Assembly (NCBI GenBank): GCA_963665615.2
Contig: CAXXQE010000008.1
Span: 558,001 to 622,000 of the forward strand
DNA from: Syntrophales bacterium
GTDB lineage: Bacteria > Desulfobacterota > Syntrophia > Syntrophales > UBA4778
Direction: 5' to 3'
DNA length: 64,000 nt
Position numbers and translations under genes: made by a program. Each line of letters starts with the position of its first letter. Within the stretch, counting starts at the first letter, position 1. This document shows positions 49,516 to 58,337 of this stretch, one piece after another. The notes below the pieces were generated by a model. That model searched no databases. It had not been told where the DNA came from and saw only the letters and a program-made list of their open reading frames with translations.

Positions 49516-49981
49516 CTAAATCGGCCTCAAAATATTTAATATCGAAGATGTGACCCTTTCGCTCCTCATTCCAGACAGCGCGAACCCTGGTGCCGTTCTT
49601 GAGCTTTTTCTGGACGAGCTCATAATCACTCATATCAAAGCCACCAACGATATGAAGGATATCGACGTCTGTACCATCCAAACGAATCGAGGCGGTTATA
49701 TAAGGCGGCTCAAGCGGCTGCCCCCAAAATTTATAATTGACATAGATAAAAGTGGTAATGATCCCTTCAGGAGGGAGATCCACCCACTCCTTGGTATCTA
49801 CAAAGCACCGCGGACAAAAGCTGCGGGCCGGCACCAGGACTCTGTTACATTTATCGCATTTTGTACCGTAAATCTTTTTTTCCTTCAAACCATCGAAAAA
49901 AATCGCGACCAGGTCTCTCCATAGGCCAGTTCATAGGGGCAACCTGACTTCTGTTTTTATTGTTCTGTATTCTTTTGACAT
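49516..49981 (-). pseudogene. DUF35 Zn-ribbon/OB-fold thiolase partner, disrupted by homopolymer indels (possibly sequence errors)
   Basis: AAGGAGG SD before ATG 49981; KCDKC..VPARSFCPRC. Removing extra bases at 49936-39, 49896-902 and 49525-26 restores PYELAYGETWSRFFDGLK...IKYFEPI*. Confidence 0.8.
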
Positions 49982-49994
49982 GATGACTGCCTCC

Positions 49995-51162
49995 TTATAA
50001 TTCAGATCCGAGAATCATGACGCCGTTGAATTGACCGACACCGCCCATGGCATGGGCGAACGCCATTTTGGCGCCGGGTATCTGATGGTCGCCCGCTTTG
50101 CCGGTGACCTGCATCGCCGCTTCTGCCACCCTGATCATACCGGACGCGCCGATAGGGTTCGTACATAAGACACCGCCTGAAGGATCGCACGGCAACTCTC
50201 CATTGCGGTCAAAGACGCCTTTCAGGGTTAAGCCGGCGGCCTGGCCAGGCTCACAGAACCCGAAGTTCTCGTAATACAGCAATTCCTGGAAAGTAAATGG
50301 ATTGTATATCTCGGGCGACATCGAGCTCCTTGCGCGGATTTTTGATACCCGCCTGATCGTAAGCCTCCTTGGCGGCCTGAATGGCGCTTTGCCATTCTGC
50401 CTTATCACTGTCGCCGATGAAATATTCATCCCCTCGATAACTCACACCTCTGACCCACGCCGGTTTTCTTTTCAGCTTCCGGACCATATCCTCTGAGGCA
50501 AAAATGGTCGCACAGGCGCCATCCGATGTCGGGCAGACATCGAGCAACCTGATCGGAAGGGAAATGACCCGGGCGTTGTTTGCTTCTTCCATGGTGATTC
50601 GCATTTTAATATGCGCATACGGATTATCGAATGCATCGTTATGATGCGCCACGGACACGTAAGATGCGGCATCGCGGAGCTCATCTTGGGGAATATTGTA
50701 ACGGGCCGTCCATTTCTGAGATACCATTGAAAACGTACCGGGTGCGCCGGGAATGAAATACCGTTGGTACCAGGGCTCTAATACCGTAATCATCGTGGCC
50801 TGGGCCTGTCCCTCATACATCTTTTCATGCCCAACAGCCAGAACGAGATCCGCCATTCCCGAGGCGATCCAGTAATAAGCCGTATGGGCTACGGAGATAC
50901 CTGCGGAACCGCACGTTTCCGTCTTCAAAATAGGCTTGCCGACGCTCTGCAAGGCGTCCGCAAAATAAAAGTGAGTCAAGGCAATGCCTTCCATCATCGA
51001 CGGCATGGTTCCAGAAACCACGCCATCTATATCATTAGGGGTAATCCCTGCATCTTCCACGGCCGCTAGGACCGCTTCTCTTACCAGATCGGGATAAGAG
51101 ACGTCCTGACGTTTTCCGTGTTTGGTCTGTCCGACACCTATGATTGCAACTGGCCTTCCCAT
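49995..51162 (-). pseudogene. SCP2-type thiolase-family protein (Ltp3-like), +1 frameshift at about 50314
   Basis: VAIIGVGQT, ETCGSAG, CPTSDGACA in one frame; EIYNPFTFQEL, PSGGVLCTNPIGASG, AHAMGG in the next; one extra base in GGG 50313-15. Confidence 0.85.
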
Positions 51163-51173
51163 ATCCGTTCCTC

Positions 51174-52316
51174 CTATATGCCCAGAATGGCAACTGCATG
51201 GCATTGTCCGGCAAATCCATGCGTGCCGTGGGCCAGTGCTGTTTTAATCTCTTTCTTTAACTGCCGCTCCCCGGCTTCCCCCCTGATCTGGAGAAAGGCC
51301 TCCACGGCCCGTTGGAGCCCTCTGGAGACATAAGGATTATTCGCCAGTACGCCTCCCGAAGGATTGACGGGGATTTCACCGCCAACCGATGTGATGCCTT
51401 CGTCTATCAGCTTCCCGCCGCCGCCAGGACCGCAAAAACCCAAGTCTTCTAGCCACATCAATTCCTGAAAGGCATAGGGCTCACAGATTTCCAGCATATC
51501 AATTTCTTTGCGAGGATTATTGATCTGTGCCATTTTATAGGCGCGTTGCGCCGCGGTGTTCAACTGGCCGTGTAAAAGGTCGCGATCTCCGAAATTATAG
51601 GTATCCATGGAACTGCTGAAACCTTTCAGCCAGACGGGACGGTCCGTCAGTTCCAAGGCTTTTTCTTCGGACGCGAGAACCATGGCAACCATTCCGTCCG
51701 ACTTGGGCGCTATCTGAAGCGTTGTCAACGGATGGATGGGCCGTTCCGACGCCAGGACATCGGCCACGCTGTAAGTCCCCTTCCTCTGCGCCCAGGGATT
51801 CCTGAGGGCGTTTCCAAGATTCTTAACGGCCACCTTGGCACATTGTTCTTCCGTAATGCCGTATGCCTGCATATAAAGACGCATCTGCAAGGCCGCGGCG
51901 ATCGACTCATTCAATCCAAGTTCACGCTGATAAAAAGGATCGCTAAACATCAGCGTGCATGCATCATTTTCAGGATTTTCCGATCCCTTCATGATACTGA
52001 TAATGAGCGCCGTATCGTATTTCTGGGTCATAATCCGCATGGCCCCGTAGAACAAGGCGAAGAGGGATTCTCCATCCTGTCTTGAGGCGTTTTTCAAAAA
52101 ACCACCGGTGGGATCCACATGATAGGCGCTGGCACATGAGATACCCCCGTGAAAAATGTCCGAGGAAGCGCTCACGATCGTCCCCAGCTCTTCCCTTGTC
52201 AGACCCGCTTTGTCTAAAGCCTCTTTCGCCGTTTTGTACGCCAGATCGAAAAGATTCTCTTCGGATTCGGCACCGGCACTCTGAGACACCGCTACAATTC
52301 CTACTCGTTTTTCCAT
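51174..52316 (-). CDS. Thiolase-fold protein lacking the catalytic Cys (Ltp4-like)
   Basis: RVGIVAVSQ, AVKNLGNALRNP.AQ, PKSDG, VNPSGGVL, ALAHG; DGESL where thiolases have C..G. Confidence 0.85.
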   Translation of the reverse strand: MEKRVGIVAVSQSAGAESEENLFDLAYKTAKEALDKAGLTREELGTIVSASSDIFHGGISCASAYHVDPTGGFLKNASRQDGESLFALFYGAMRIMTQKYDTALIISIMKGSENPENDACTLMFSDPFYQRELGLNESIAAALQMRLYMQAYGITEEQCAKVAVKNLGNALRNPWAQRKGTYSVADVLASERPIHPLTTLQIAPKSDGMVAMVLASEEKALELTDRPVWLKGFSSSMDTYNFGDRDLLHGQLNTAAQRAYKMAQINNPRKEIDMLEICEPYAFQELMWLEDLGFCGPGGGGKLIDEGITSVGGEIPVNPSGGVLANNPYVSRGLQRAVEAFLQIRGEAGERQLKKEIKTALAHGTHGFAGQCHAVAILGI

Positions 52317-52387
52317 AGCAGTCTTATCCCTTTCTATTTAATGCCTGAAAACAGGCTTCCTCGAATTAAAGTTGCCTGCAAGTCGCA

Positions 52388-52470
52388 TTGAATTCTTCAG
52401 CGAGCGAATCAGGACGAAACCGCTTCCCGGGGAATCGGTTTCGCCGAAGCTTGCTCCGGAGAGTCTTCAA
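52388..52470 (+). repeat. Family C element, internally deleted copy
   Basis: TTGAATTCTTCA-GCGAGCGAATCAGG...GAAGCTTGCTCCGGAGAGTCTTCAA. Confidence 0.7.
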
Positions 52471-52494
52471 TGCGCTAAATCACTCGGTAAAGGA

Positions 52495-52510
52495 TGCAGC
52501 TATTATGCCA
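52495..52510 (-). promoter_or_regulatory. sigma54 -24/-12 promoter of the thiolase-abfD operon
   Basis: Minus strand TGGCATAATAGCTGCA (GG-N10-GC), followed upstream by an AT-rich tract and the palindrome. Confidence 0.7.
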
Positions 52511-52606
52511 GGTTAGTTTTCGCCGGTATAGTACTATATATACATTGTAATTTTAATGTCTTAAGCAAAAATGTTCATTTTGGCTGCGCCCCCTTTTCAG
52601 CATGCC

Positions 52607-52624
52607 TGGAACAAAAGTGTTCCA
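52607..52624. promoter_or_regulatory. Candidate upstream activator site
   Basis: TGGAAC-AAAAGT-GTTCCA, about 100 bp upstream of the -24 box. Confidence 0.7.
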
Positions 52625-52797
52625 CATGGTTATGTTACGATACAGCAGGCGATCTGAAATCATTTGACGTGGTTATGGTCACCAGGAAAGGTACGCAGTG
52701 TGATTGGCGAGCGTGAGCTAAACGGAGAATGGACGTTGTGAAATGAAAATTGACGATCCACGGTCGTGATGAAAATAATGCAAGCTAATTTATCGTG

Positions 52798-53058
52798 TTA
52801 CAGCACAATTTTAAAGGCCTGATCCCCCTTCAGCGCCTCGTAAATGGCGACGCGCTTTGCCTCACAATCCACCGTCACCTCAACGTTCAGGCAGTGGTAT
52901 TTCCCCGTTGCGCTGCTGTGGGAGGGGATGACGGTGCAGGCGCAATCCTGAAGAAGTGACCCAATGGCGCGGTGCATCGCCTCTCGGTCCTCCCCGATGA
53001 CCTTGTAGCCCCATCGGCAGGGGTAGGCGATCTCGACTTTCTGCTTGATTTCGTCCAT
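52798..53058 (-). CDS. YbeD/DUF493 family protein
   Basis: IAYPC.WGYKVIG, S..GKY..LNV.V, IYEAL...KIVL. Confidence 0.85.
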   Translation of the reverse strand: MDEIKQKVEIAYPCRWGYKVIGEDREAMHRAIGSLLQDCACTVIPSHSSATGKYHCLNVEVTVDCEAKRVAIYEALKGDQAFKIVL

Positions 53059-53068
53059 TCTCACCGGG

Positions 53069-54157
53069 TTACCCCTTCTTGATGACGTGGATCGCCGTAG
53101 CCTTAAAGGACGCACAGATATCTATTTGTTCCCTGAGCGCCAGCTCCTCCAGAGACTGCCGGGTGACAAAGGCGGTCAATTCGAAGCCGCAGTTGATTCT
53201 CACCTTGTTATAATAACCGTTCATTATGATCTTTTCAATCTTTCCCTGATAGTGGTTCCGGGCACTCGTCTGGGCCGAACACAGCGAAAGGGTCACCTGG
53301 TCGGGATGAATAAAGAGCATGACCCGATCGCCAACTTTCGCTTCGCCCACCGCTTCGACCGTTTTTCCGCCCACGGCGATCCGAATGACGCCGTGCGCCG
53401 CCTCGTCCACCCGCCCCGCGAGGATGGTTTCCATGCCGACAAAGGCGGCGACGAATTCATCGGCGGGATGGTTCATAATCTCATCGGGGGGTGCCATCTG
53501 AACCATGCGTCCGCCGTTCATCACGCCGATCTGGTCCGAGAGCCGCAGGGCCTCGATTCGGTCATGCGTCGCCAGAACCGCAGTGGTCCCCGTCGTCCGC
53601 AGGGCCTTCTCCAAATCGTCGAGGAGCGTTTCCCGTGTCGGCAGATCCAGCGCGGCAAAAGGTTCATCCAAAAAGAGGATCTCCGGCTCAGTGGCAAAGG
53701 CTCGCGCCAAACTCGTTCGCTGTGCCTCGCCGCCGGAAAGCGTCCACGCGGCGCGGTCACTGAGATGAGAGATTCCGAAACGTTCGAGTTGATGTTGAAC
53801 ACGGTCTGCAATCCGCGCGCGCTTCGTTCCCCTGAATTTCAGGCCGGATGCCACATTGTCGTAAACCGTTGCACGGAAGAGAAGCGGCTCCTGAAATACC
53901 ATTGCAATTCGACGTCGATAGCCCAGGGCATTTTCCCTGGTGATAAGATTCCCCTTGAACAGCACATCACCGGCAGCGGGCGGGAATAGATAGGCCAATG
54001 CCTGCAGGAGCGTGGTCTTACCGGCCCCGTTCGGGCCGATGAGCGACAGGACCCCGCCCTGGGAAACGCCAAATTCCGAAAGATCCAGAATCTGACGCCC
54101 GCCACGGTTTACCTTCAGGTCGGTCACCCGGAGTATGGGTTGCCGCGCATCTATCAT
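53069..54157 (-). CDS. tupC: Tungstate ABC transporter ATP-binding subunit with TOBE domains
   Basis: GPNGAGKT, LSGGE, LDEP, TSARN and FKATAIH TOBE motifs; operonic with tupAB. Confidence 0.88.
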   Translation of the reverse strand: MIDARQPILRVTDLKVNRGGRQILDLSEFGVSQGGVLSLIGPNGAGKTTLLQALAYLFPPAAGDVLFKGNLITRENALGYRRRIAMVFQEPLLFRATVYDNVASGLKFRGTKRARIADRVQHQLERFGISHLSDRAAWTLSGGEAQRTSLARAFATEPEILFLDEPFAALDLPTRETLLDDLEKALRTTGTTAVLATHDRIEALRLSDQIGVMNGGRMVQMAPPDEIMNHPADEFVAAFVGMETILAGRVDEAAHGVIRIAVGGKTVEAVGEAKVGDRVMLFIHPDQVTLSLCSAQTSARNHYQGKIEKIIMNGYYNKVRINCGFELTAFVTRQSLEELALREQIDICASFKATAIHVIKKG

Positions 54158-54852
54158 TGATGGCGCTCCCGCTGCTGAACCTGCGTAAGAATGAGATTGA
54201 CGATATACGCAAAGATGAGAAGAATGATGCTCAGGGCGATCGCGACGTCGAAATTCCCCTTGCTCGTCTCCATCACGGTGGCCGTGGTGAGCACCCGCGA
54301 GTACCCCTTGATGTTACCGCCGACCATGATGGAGGCCCCGACCTCCGAGATCACACCGCCGAAGCCCGCCATCACCGCGGCCAGCAGGGGCAGTTTCGCC
54401 TCCTTCACCAGCATCCAGACCATTTGAAAGCGCGTCGCACCGAGGGCGAGCAGTTGCAGTCTGAGTTTCGGCGGAAGCTGCTGCATGGCGGCCAGGGAAA
54501 TTCCCGTGACGATCGGGGTGGCGATGATGGTCTGGGCGAGAATCATGGCTGACGGGGTATAGAGCATATCGAGAAAATCGAGCGGACCGCTGCGCCAGAG
54601 CATGATCGTCACGAAAAGACCGACCACCACCGGGGGAAGCCCCATGCCGGTATTGACTGCCCCCACGACCAGGCGTTTCCCAGGAAATTCCGTGAGCGCA
54701 ATGACCGTTCCCGCCGCAATCCCGATCACGAGGCTCACCAGCGTCGCTGCGCCGGAAATGCGCAGCGACAGCAGGGTGATGCCCCAGACCTCCCGGTCCA
54801 GCGTAAAGAGCAGCTCGAAGGCCGTCTTGATACCGTCCCAAACCAGGTCCAT
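54154..54852 (-). CDS. tupB: Tungstate ABC transporter permease
   Basis: NTGMGLPPVVVGL, GFG.VISEVGA..MVGGNI. Confidence 0.92.
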   Translation of the reverse strand: MDLVWDGIKTAFELLFTLDREVWGITLLSLRISGAATLVSLVIGIAAGTVIALTEFPGKRLVVGAVNTGMGLPPVVVGLFVTIMLWRSGPLDFLDMLYTPSAMILAQTIIATPIVTGISLAAMQQLPPKLRLQLLALGATRFQMVWMLVKEAKLPLLAAVMAGFGGVISEVGASIMVGGNIKGYSRVLTTATVMETSKGNFDVAIALSIILLIFAYIVNLILTQVQQRERHQ

Positions 54853-55716
54853 TTATTTCCCCAGCTCTTCCACTTTCTTGCCGGCATCCGGCGTAAAGAG
54901 CGGGGCGCCGAATTTATCGACACCGAAGGTCTTGATGATGCCCTGGGCCTCGGCGGATACCATGAAGTCGGCAAAGGCCTTGGCGCCGGCGGCATTGACC
55001 TTGGGCCACTTGGCCGGATTGACCTCGATCACATGATAGACATTGAGCAGGTCTTTGTCCCCTTCAACGAGAATCACCAATCCGAGCCGTTTCTTCAAGG
55101 CCAGATAAGTCCCGCGATCGGTCAGCGTATAGCCATTCTTCTCCGAGGCGACATTGAGGGTCTGCCCCATGCCGAGCCCGGTCTGCTGATACCACTTCTG
55201 CTGTTCCGGCTCGATGCCGGCCTTCTTCCACAGGCCGAGTTCCTTGGTATGCGTTCCGGACTTGTCGCCACGCGACATGAAAAGGGCGGCGCCCTGGGCG
55301 ATCTTCTTGAAGGCCTCGACCGATCCCTTGGCCCCCTTAAGCTGGGCGGCATCCGCAGCCGGGCCGACGATCACGAAATCGTTGTGCATGACCAGGCGTC
55401 GATTGATCCCCTCTTGGGCCTCCACGAACTTCTTCTCTGCATCGGGTGAATGGACAAGCAGAACGTCCGCTTCTCCCTTGCTGCCCATCGCCATCGCCTG
55501 GCCGGATCCGACGGCAATCGTCTTCACAAAATAGCCTGTCTTCTTTTCAAATACCGGGAGGAGGACATCCAGCAGCCCCGTATCCTGCGTGCTGGTGGTC
55601 GTCGCCAGGATGATGTTCTTCTGCGCGGGCGCGGCATGTCCGGTCCAGGTGCCGCCCAGTACAAGCGCCGCCGCCAGTATGATGCTTGAAACAGATGCGA
55701 ATCTTATCATTCTCAT
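54853..55716 (-). CDS. tupA: Tungstate-binding protein
   Basis: ATTTS..DTGLL, VGSGQA, LLVHSP, SRGDKSGTH, YTLTDRGTY. Confidence 0.92.
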   Translation of the reverse strand: MRMIRFASVSSIILAAALVLGGTWTGHAAPAQKNIILATTTSTQDTGLLDVLLPVFEKKTGYFVKTIAVGSGQAMAMGSKGEADVLLVHSPDAEKKFVEAQEGINRRLVMHNDFVIVGPAADAAQLKGAKGSVEAFKKIAQGAALFMSRGDKSGTHTKELGLWKKAGIEPEQQKWYQQTGLGMGQTLNVASEKNGYTLTDRGTYLALKKRLGLVILVEGDKDLLNVYHVIEVNPAKWPKVNAAGAKAFADFMVSAEAQGIIKTFGVDKFGAPLFTPDAGKKVEELGK

Positions 55717-56579
55717 TTTTTCACCTCCTCTTTATTATGGCTTGCTTTCCACTCTTTGGAATTCGGGAAGAAAAGCGACGCGCCATACTGTTCCTTGCCA
55801 AAGTCGCGGATGATGAGTTGCCCCTTCTTGGGCGACGTCAGCCAGGCGACGAAGCGCTTGACGGCAACCGCATTCACCTTCGGGCACTTCTTCGGATTGA
55901 CCGGGATCAACGAGATATAGTTCAGCAGGACTTCATCCCCTTCGACAAGCGGAACCAGCGTAATCTCTTTCTTCAGAACCAACCAGGTGGCCCGGTCGAT
56001 GACCGTATAGGCGTTTACCGAGTTAGTGTAACGCAGCGTCGGCGCATTGCCCTCGGAACCCTTTTCATAAATCTTATACCATTCACCCGCGGGTTTGATA
56101 CCCGCCTTTTCCCAGAGTCCCATTTCGGCGACATGCGTTCCCGATTTGTCGCCGCGGCTCACAAAGGTCGCTTTCGCCTCCGCGATCTTTTTCAGGGCGG
56201 CCAGCGCTGAGGGGCTTCCTTTGATGCCGGCCGGATCCGCCGACGGTCCGATGATCACAAAATCGTTGTACATGAGCGGGATGCGTTCCGTCCCGTAACC
56301 CTCCTGAATGAATTGCTCCTCCAGAACCTTTGCGTGGACCATCACCAAGTCCACTGTCCCCTGTTTGGCAATGTCCAGCGCCGCTGCCGTTCCCGCGCCC
56401 ACGTGACGAACCCGGATTCCCGTTTCCTTTTCAAAGCGGCTCTCCAGAACATCCACGATGCCCGAATCGATCGGGCCGATCGTGCTCGACAACAGAATGA
56501 ACTTCCCCCCTGCGGCGATCGCCGATCCAGACCCCACCAGGGCCAACGCCATCATGCCTCCTATCAGCCATTTTTTCAT
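55713..56579 (-). CDS. TupA-family oxyanion-binding protein, divergent paralogue
   Basis: SRGDKSGTH, VMVHA, YNDFVIIGP conserved but TTTS replaced by STIGP; AAGGAGG SD. Confidence 0.88.
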   Translation of the reverse strand: MKKWLIGGMMALALVGSGSAIAAGGKFILLSSTIGPIDSGIVDVLESRFEKETGIRVRHVGAGTAAALDIAKQGTVDLVMVHAKVLEEQFIQEGYGTERIPLMYNDFVIIGPSADPAGIKGSPSALAALKKIAEAKATFVSRGDKSGTHVAEMGLWEKAGIKPAGEWYKIYEKGSEGNAPTLRYTNSVNAYTVIDRATWLVLKKEITLVPLVEGDEVLLNYISLIPVNPKKCPKVNAVAVKRFVAWLTSPKKGQLIIRDFGKEQYGASLFFPNSKEWKASHNKEEVKK

Positions 56580-56642
56580 CGTGTTCTCCTCCTTCCCAGT
56601 CCCATCCGATGTGAACGAAACCATATTACAAAAAAGAGGCTC

Positions 56643-56671
56643 AATATCCTAGAGGAAATAACGATTGTCAA
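56643..56671 (-). promoter_or_regulatory. Candidate sigma70 promoter of the tup operon
   Basis: Minus strand TTGACA-N17-GATATT. Confidence 0.5.
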
Positions 56672-56794
56672 ATTTTAAACCGTCACCCCCCTGTAACCAG
56701 AAAATGCAGGGGAGAGGCGTCCCAACATTGCAATCCAAATAAAAAAATGACATACCATCAGCAAACAGGCGTTGGAAAAGTAAGGAGGTATTAA

Positions 56795-57712
56795 ATGAGC
56801 ATTCTGGAGGCCATCGGCAACACGCCCCTGGTAGAGATCTGCAATATCTGGAATTCGGCAAAGACCGGCGTGCGTATTATGGCCAAGCTGGAGGGCGCCA
56901 ATCCGGGCGGTTCGGTCAAGGATCGACCGGCCCTGTTCATGCTCAGGGAGGCCGTGGCCTCCGGACAGCTGACCCCCGGCAAGGTGATTCTGGAACCCAC
57001 CTCGGGCAATACCGGCATCGGCATGGCCATGGTGGCTGCGGCTATGGGGTTCAAGATCAAGCTGACCATGCCGACCTGCGTGAGCTCCGAGCGCCAGGCG
57101 GTGCTTCAGGCCCTCGGGGCTGAATTGGAGATGACACCCGGCTGCGATCGCACCGACGGCGCCATCAAACGGGCAACGCACATCATGGAATACGAGAGCG
57201 ATCAATATTTTATGCCCAACCAGTTCGACAACCCCAATAACTATCTGGCGCATTACCGGACCACAGCGCCGGAGATCTATGCGCAGACGAACGGCTCCGT
57301 GGATGCCTTCGTCGCCGGGATGGGCACGACCGGCACCCTCATGGGATGTGCGATGTATTTCAAGGAAAAGAAGCCGTCGGTCAAGGTCGTGGGGGTAGAG
57401 CCGTACCTGAACCACCGCATTCAGGGACTGAAGAACATGCAGGAATCGATTGTCCCGAAGATATACGACCCAACGCGGCTGGACAAAGTCATGAACTGCT
57501 CGGACGAAGACGCCTTTGAAACCACGCGGGATCTGGCCGTGCGTGAAGGCATGTTCTGCGGCATCAGCTCCGGCGCCGCCATGTGGGGTGCTCTGCAGGT
57601 CGCCCGTGATCTGCCTCGCGGCTCGACCGTTGTGGTGATCTTTCCGGACCGTGGCGACCGCTATCTTTCTACCGAAGTCTTCCGGTCGATCTGCGCCCAG
57701 TGTCCGCCGTGA
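56795..57712 (+). CDS. PLP-dependent cysteine synthase family protein (CysK/CysM)
   Basis: IGNTPLV, KLEGANPGGSVKDR, PTSGNTG, GMGTTGT, GISSGA, PDRGDRYLS. Confidence 0.93.
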   Translation: MSILEAIGNTPLVEICNIWNSAKTGVRIMAKLEGANPGGSVKDRPALFMLREAVASGQLTPGKVILEPTSGNTGIGMAMVAAAMGFKIKLTMPTCVSSERQAVLQALGAELEMTPGCDRTDGAIKRATHIMEYESDQYFMPNQFDNPNNYLAHYRTTAPEIYAQTNGSVDAFVAGMGTTGTLMGCAMYFKEKKPSVKVVGVEPYLNHRIQGLKNMQESIVPKIYDPTRLDKVMNCSDEDAFETTRDLAVREGMFCGISSGAAMWGALQVARDLPRGSTVVVIFPDRGDRYLSTEVFRSICAQCPP

Positions 57713-57729
57713 GGGGCGGCTGACGCCGC

Positions 57730-57758
57730 AGTGACGAGTAACGAGTGACAAAGTGACG
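57730..57758. repeat. Heptamer tandem repeat (AGTGACG-like x4)
   Basis: agtgacg agtaacg agtgaca a agtgacg. Confidence 0.55.
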
Positions 57759-58076
57759 GGTTATGACAGGGACCTGGTAATCTGTCGCCGAATTCCCGTA
57801 AAGATAGTCCGCGACCTGATCGTGGGCGGGGATCTTTTCCATCTAGGGGAAAAGAAAGCAGAGGGAGGCGGGTAAGACTGTTGTCATTAGAACGTACGAG
57901 CAAATGATCTTCGCCATGTTTACAGAGAGGACAAGGATTACACCTACAACTAAATAATTTCGAGAAACACAGGTGTTGACGATTAATGTTTGAAATGGAC
58001 GAATAGCTGTCAGGGTTTCAAAAGTGAGTATGATAGCCTTTAGGCGCGCGTAGTTTATTTTATGTATTATCTTATA

Positions 58077-58283
58077 TTATAGAACCGAATAGGCAAGAAT
58101 AATTGATAAAAGTGTAGCAAAACTAATATTAAATATAATTGTAATCTTATCATGCTGTTGAAAGTTAAATACGATTATACTTTTAAAATTATCAACGCTT
58201 TTATCAAACCTTAACAACCCGCAAATGAATATGATTATCCAGCAAGTGACGAAGGTCAGGGCAGCTAATAAATAATTATTCAT
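58077..58283 (-). CDS. Very AT-rich small membrane protein or gene fragment
   Basis: GAAGGAAG upstream, two hydrophobic segments in 68 aa. Confidence 0.45.
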   Translation of the reverse strand: MNNYLLAALTFVTCWIIIFICGLLRFDKSVDNFKSIIVFNFQQHDKITIIFNISFATLLSIILAYSVL

Positions 58284-58337
58284 ACTTCCTTCTACAAATC
58301 ATATTATTTTTCAAATGCAAGGTCACTGGCACTTTTT

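Noticed and set aside
49931..49933. In-frame TGA in the DUF35 gene as possible selenocysteine
   Set aside because: The position is not a Cys site, and the shifted frame between two homopolymer tracts gives the family-like sequence, so compensating indels explain it better
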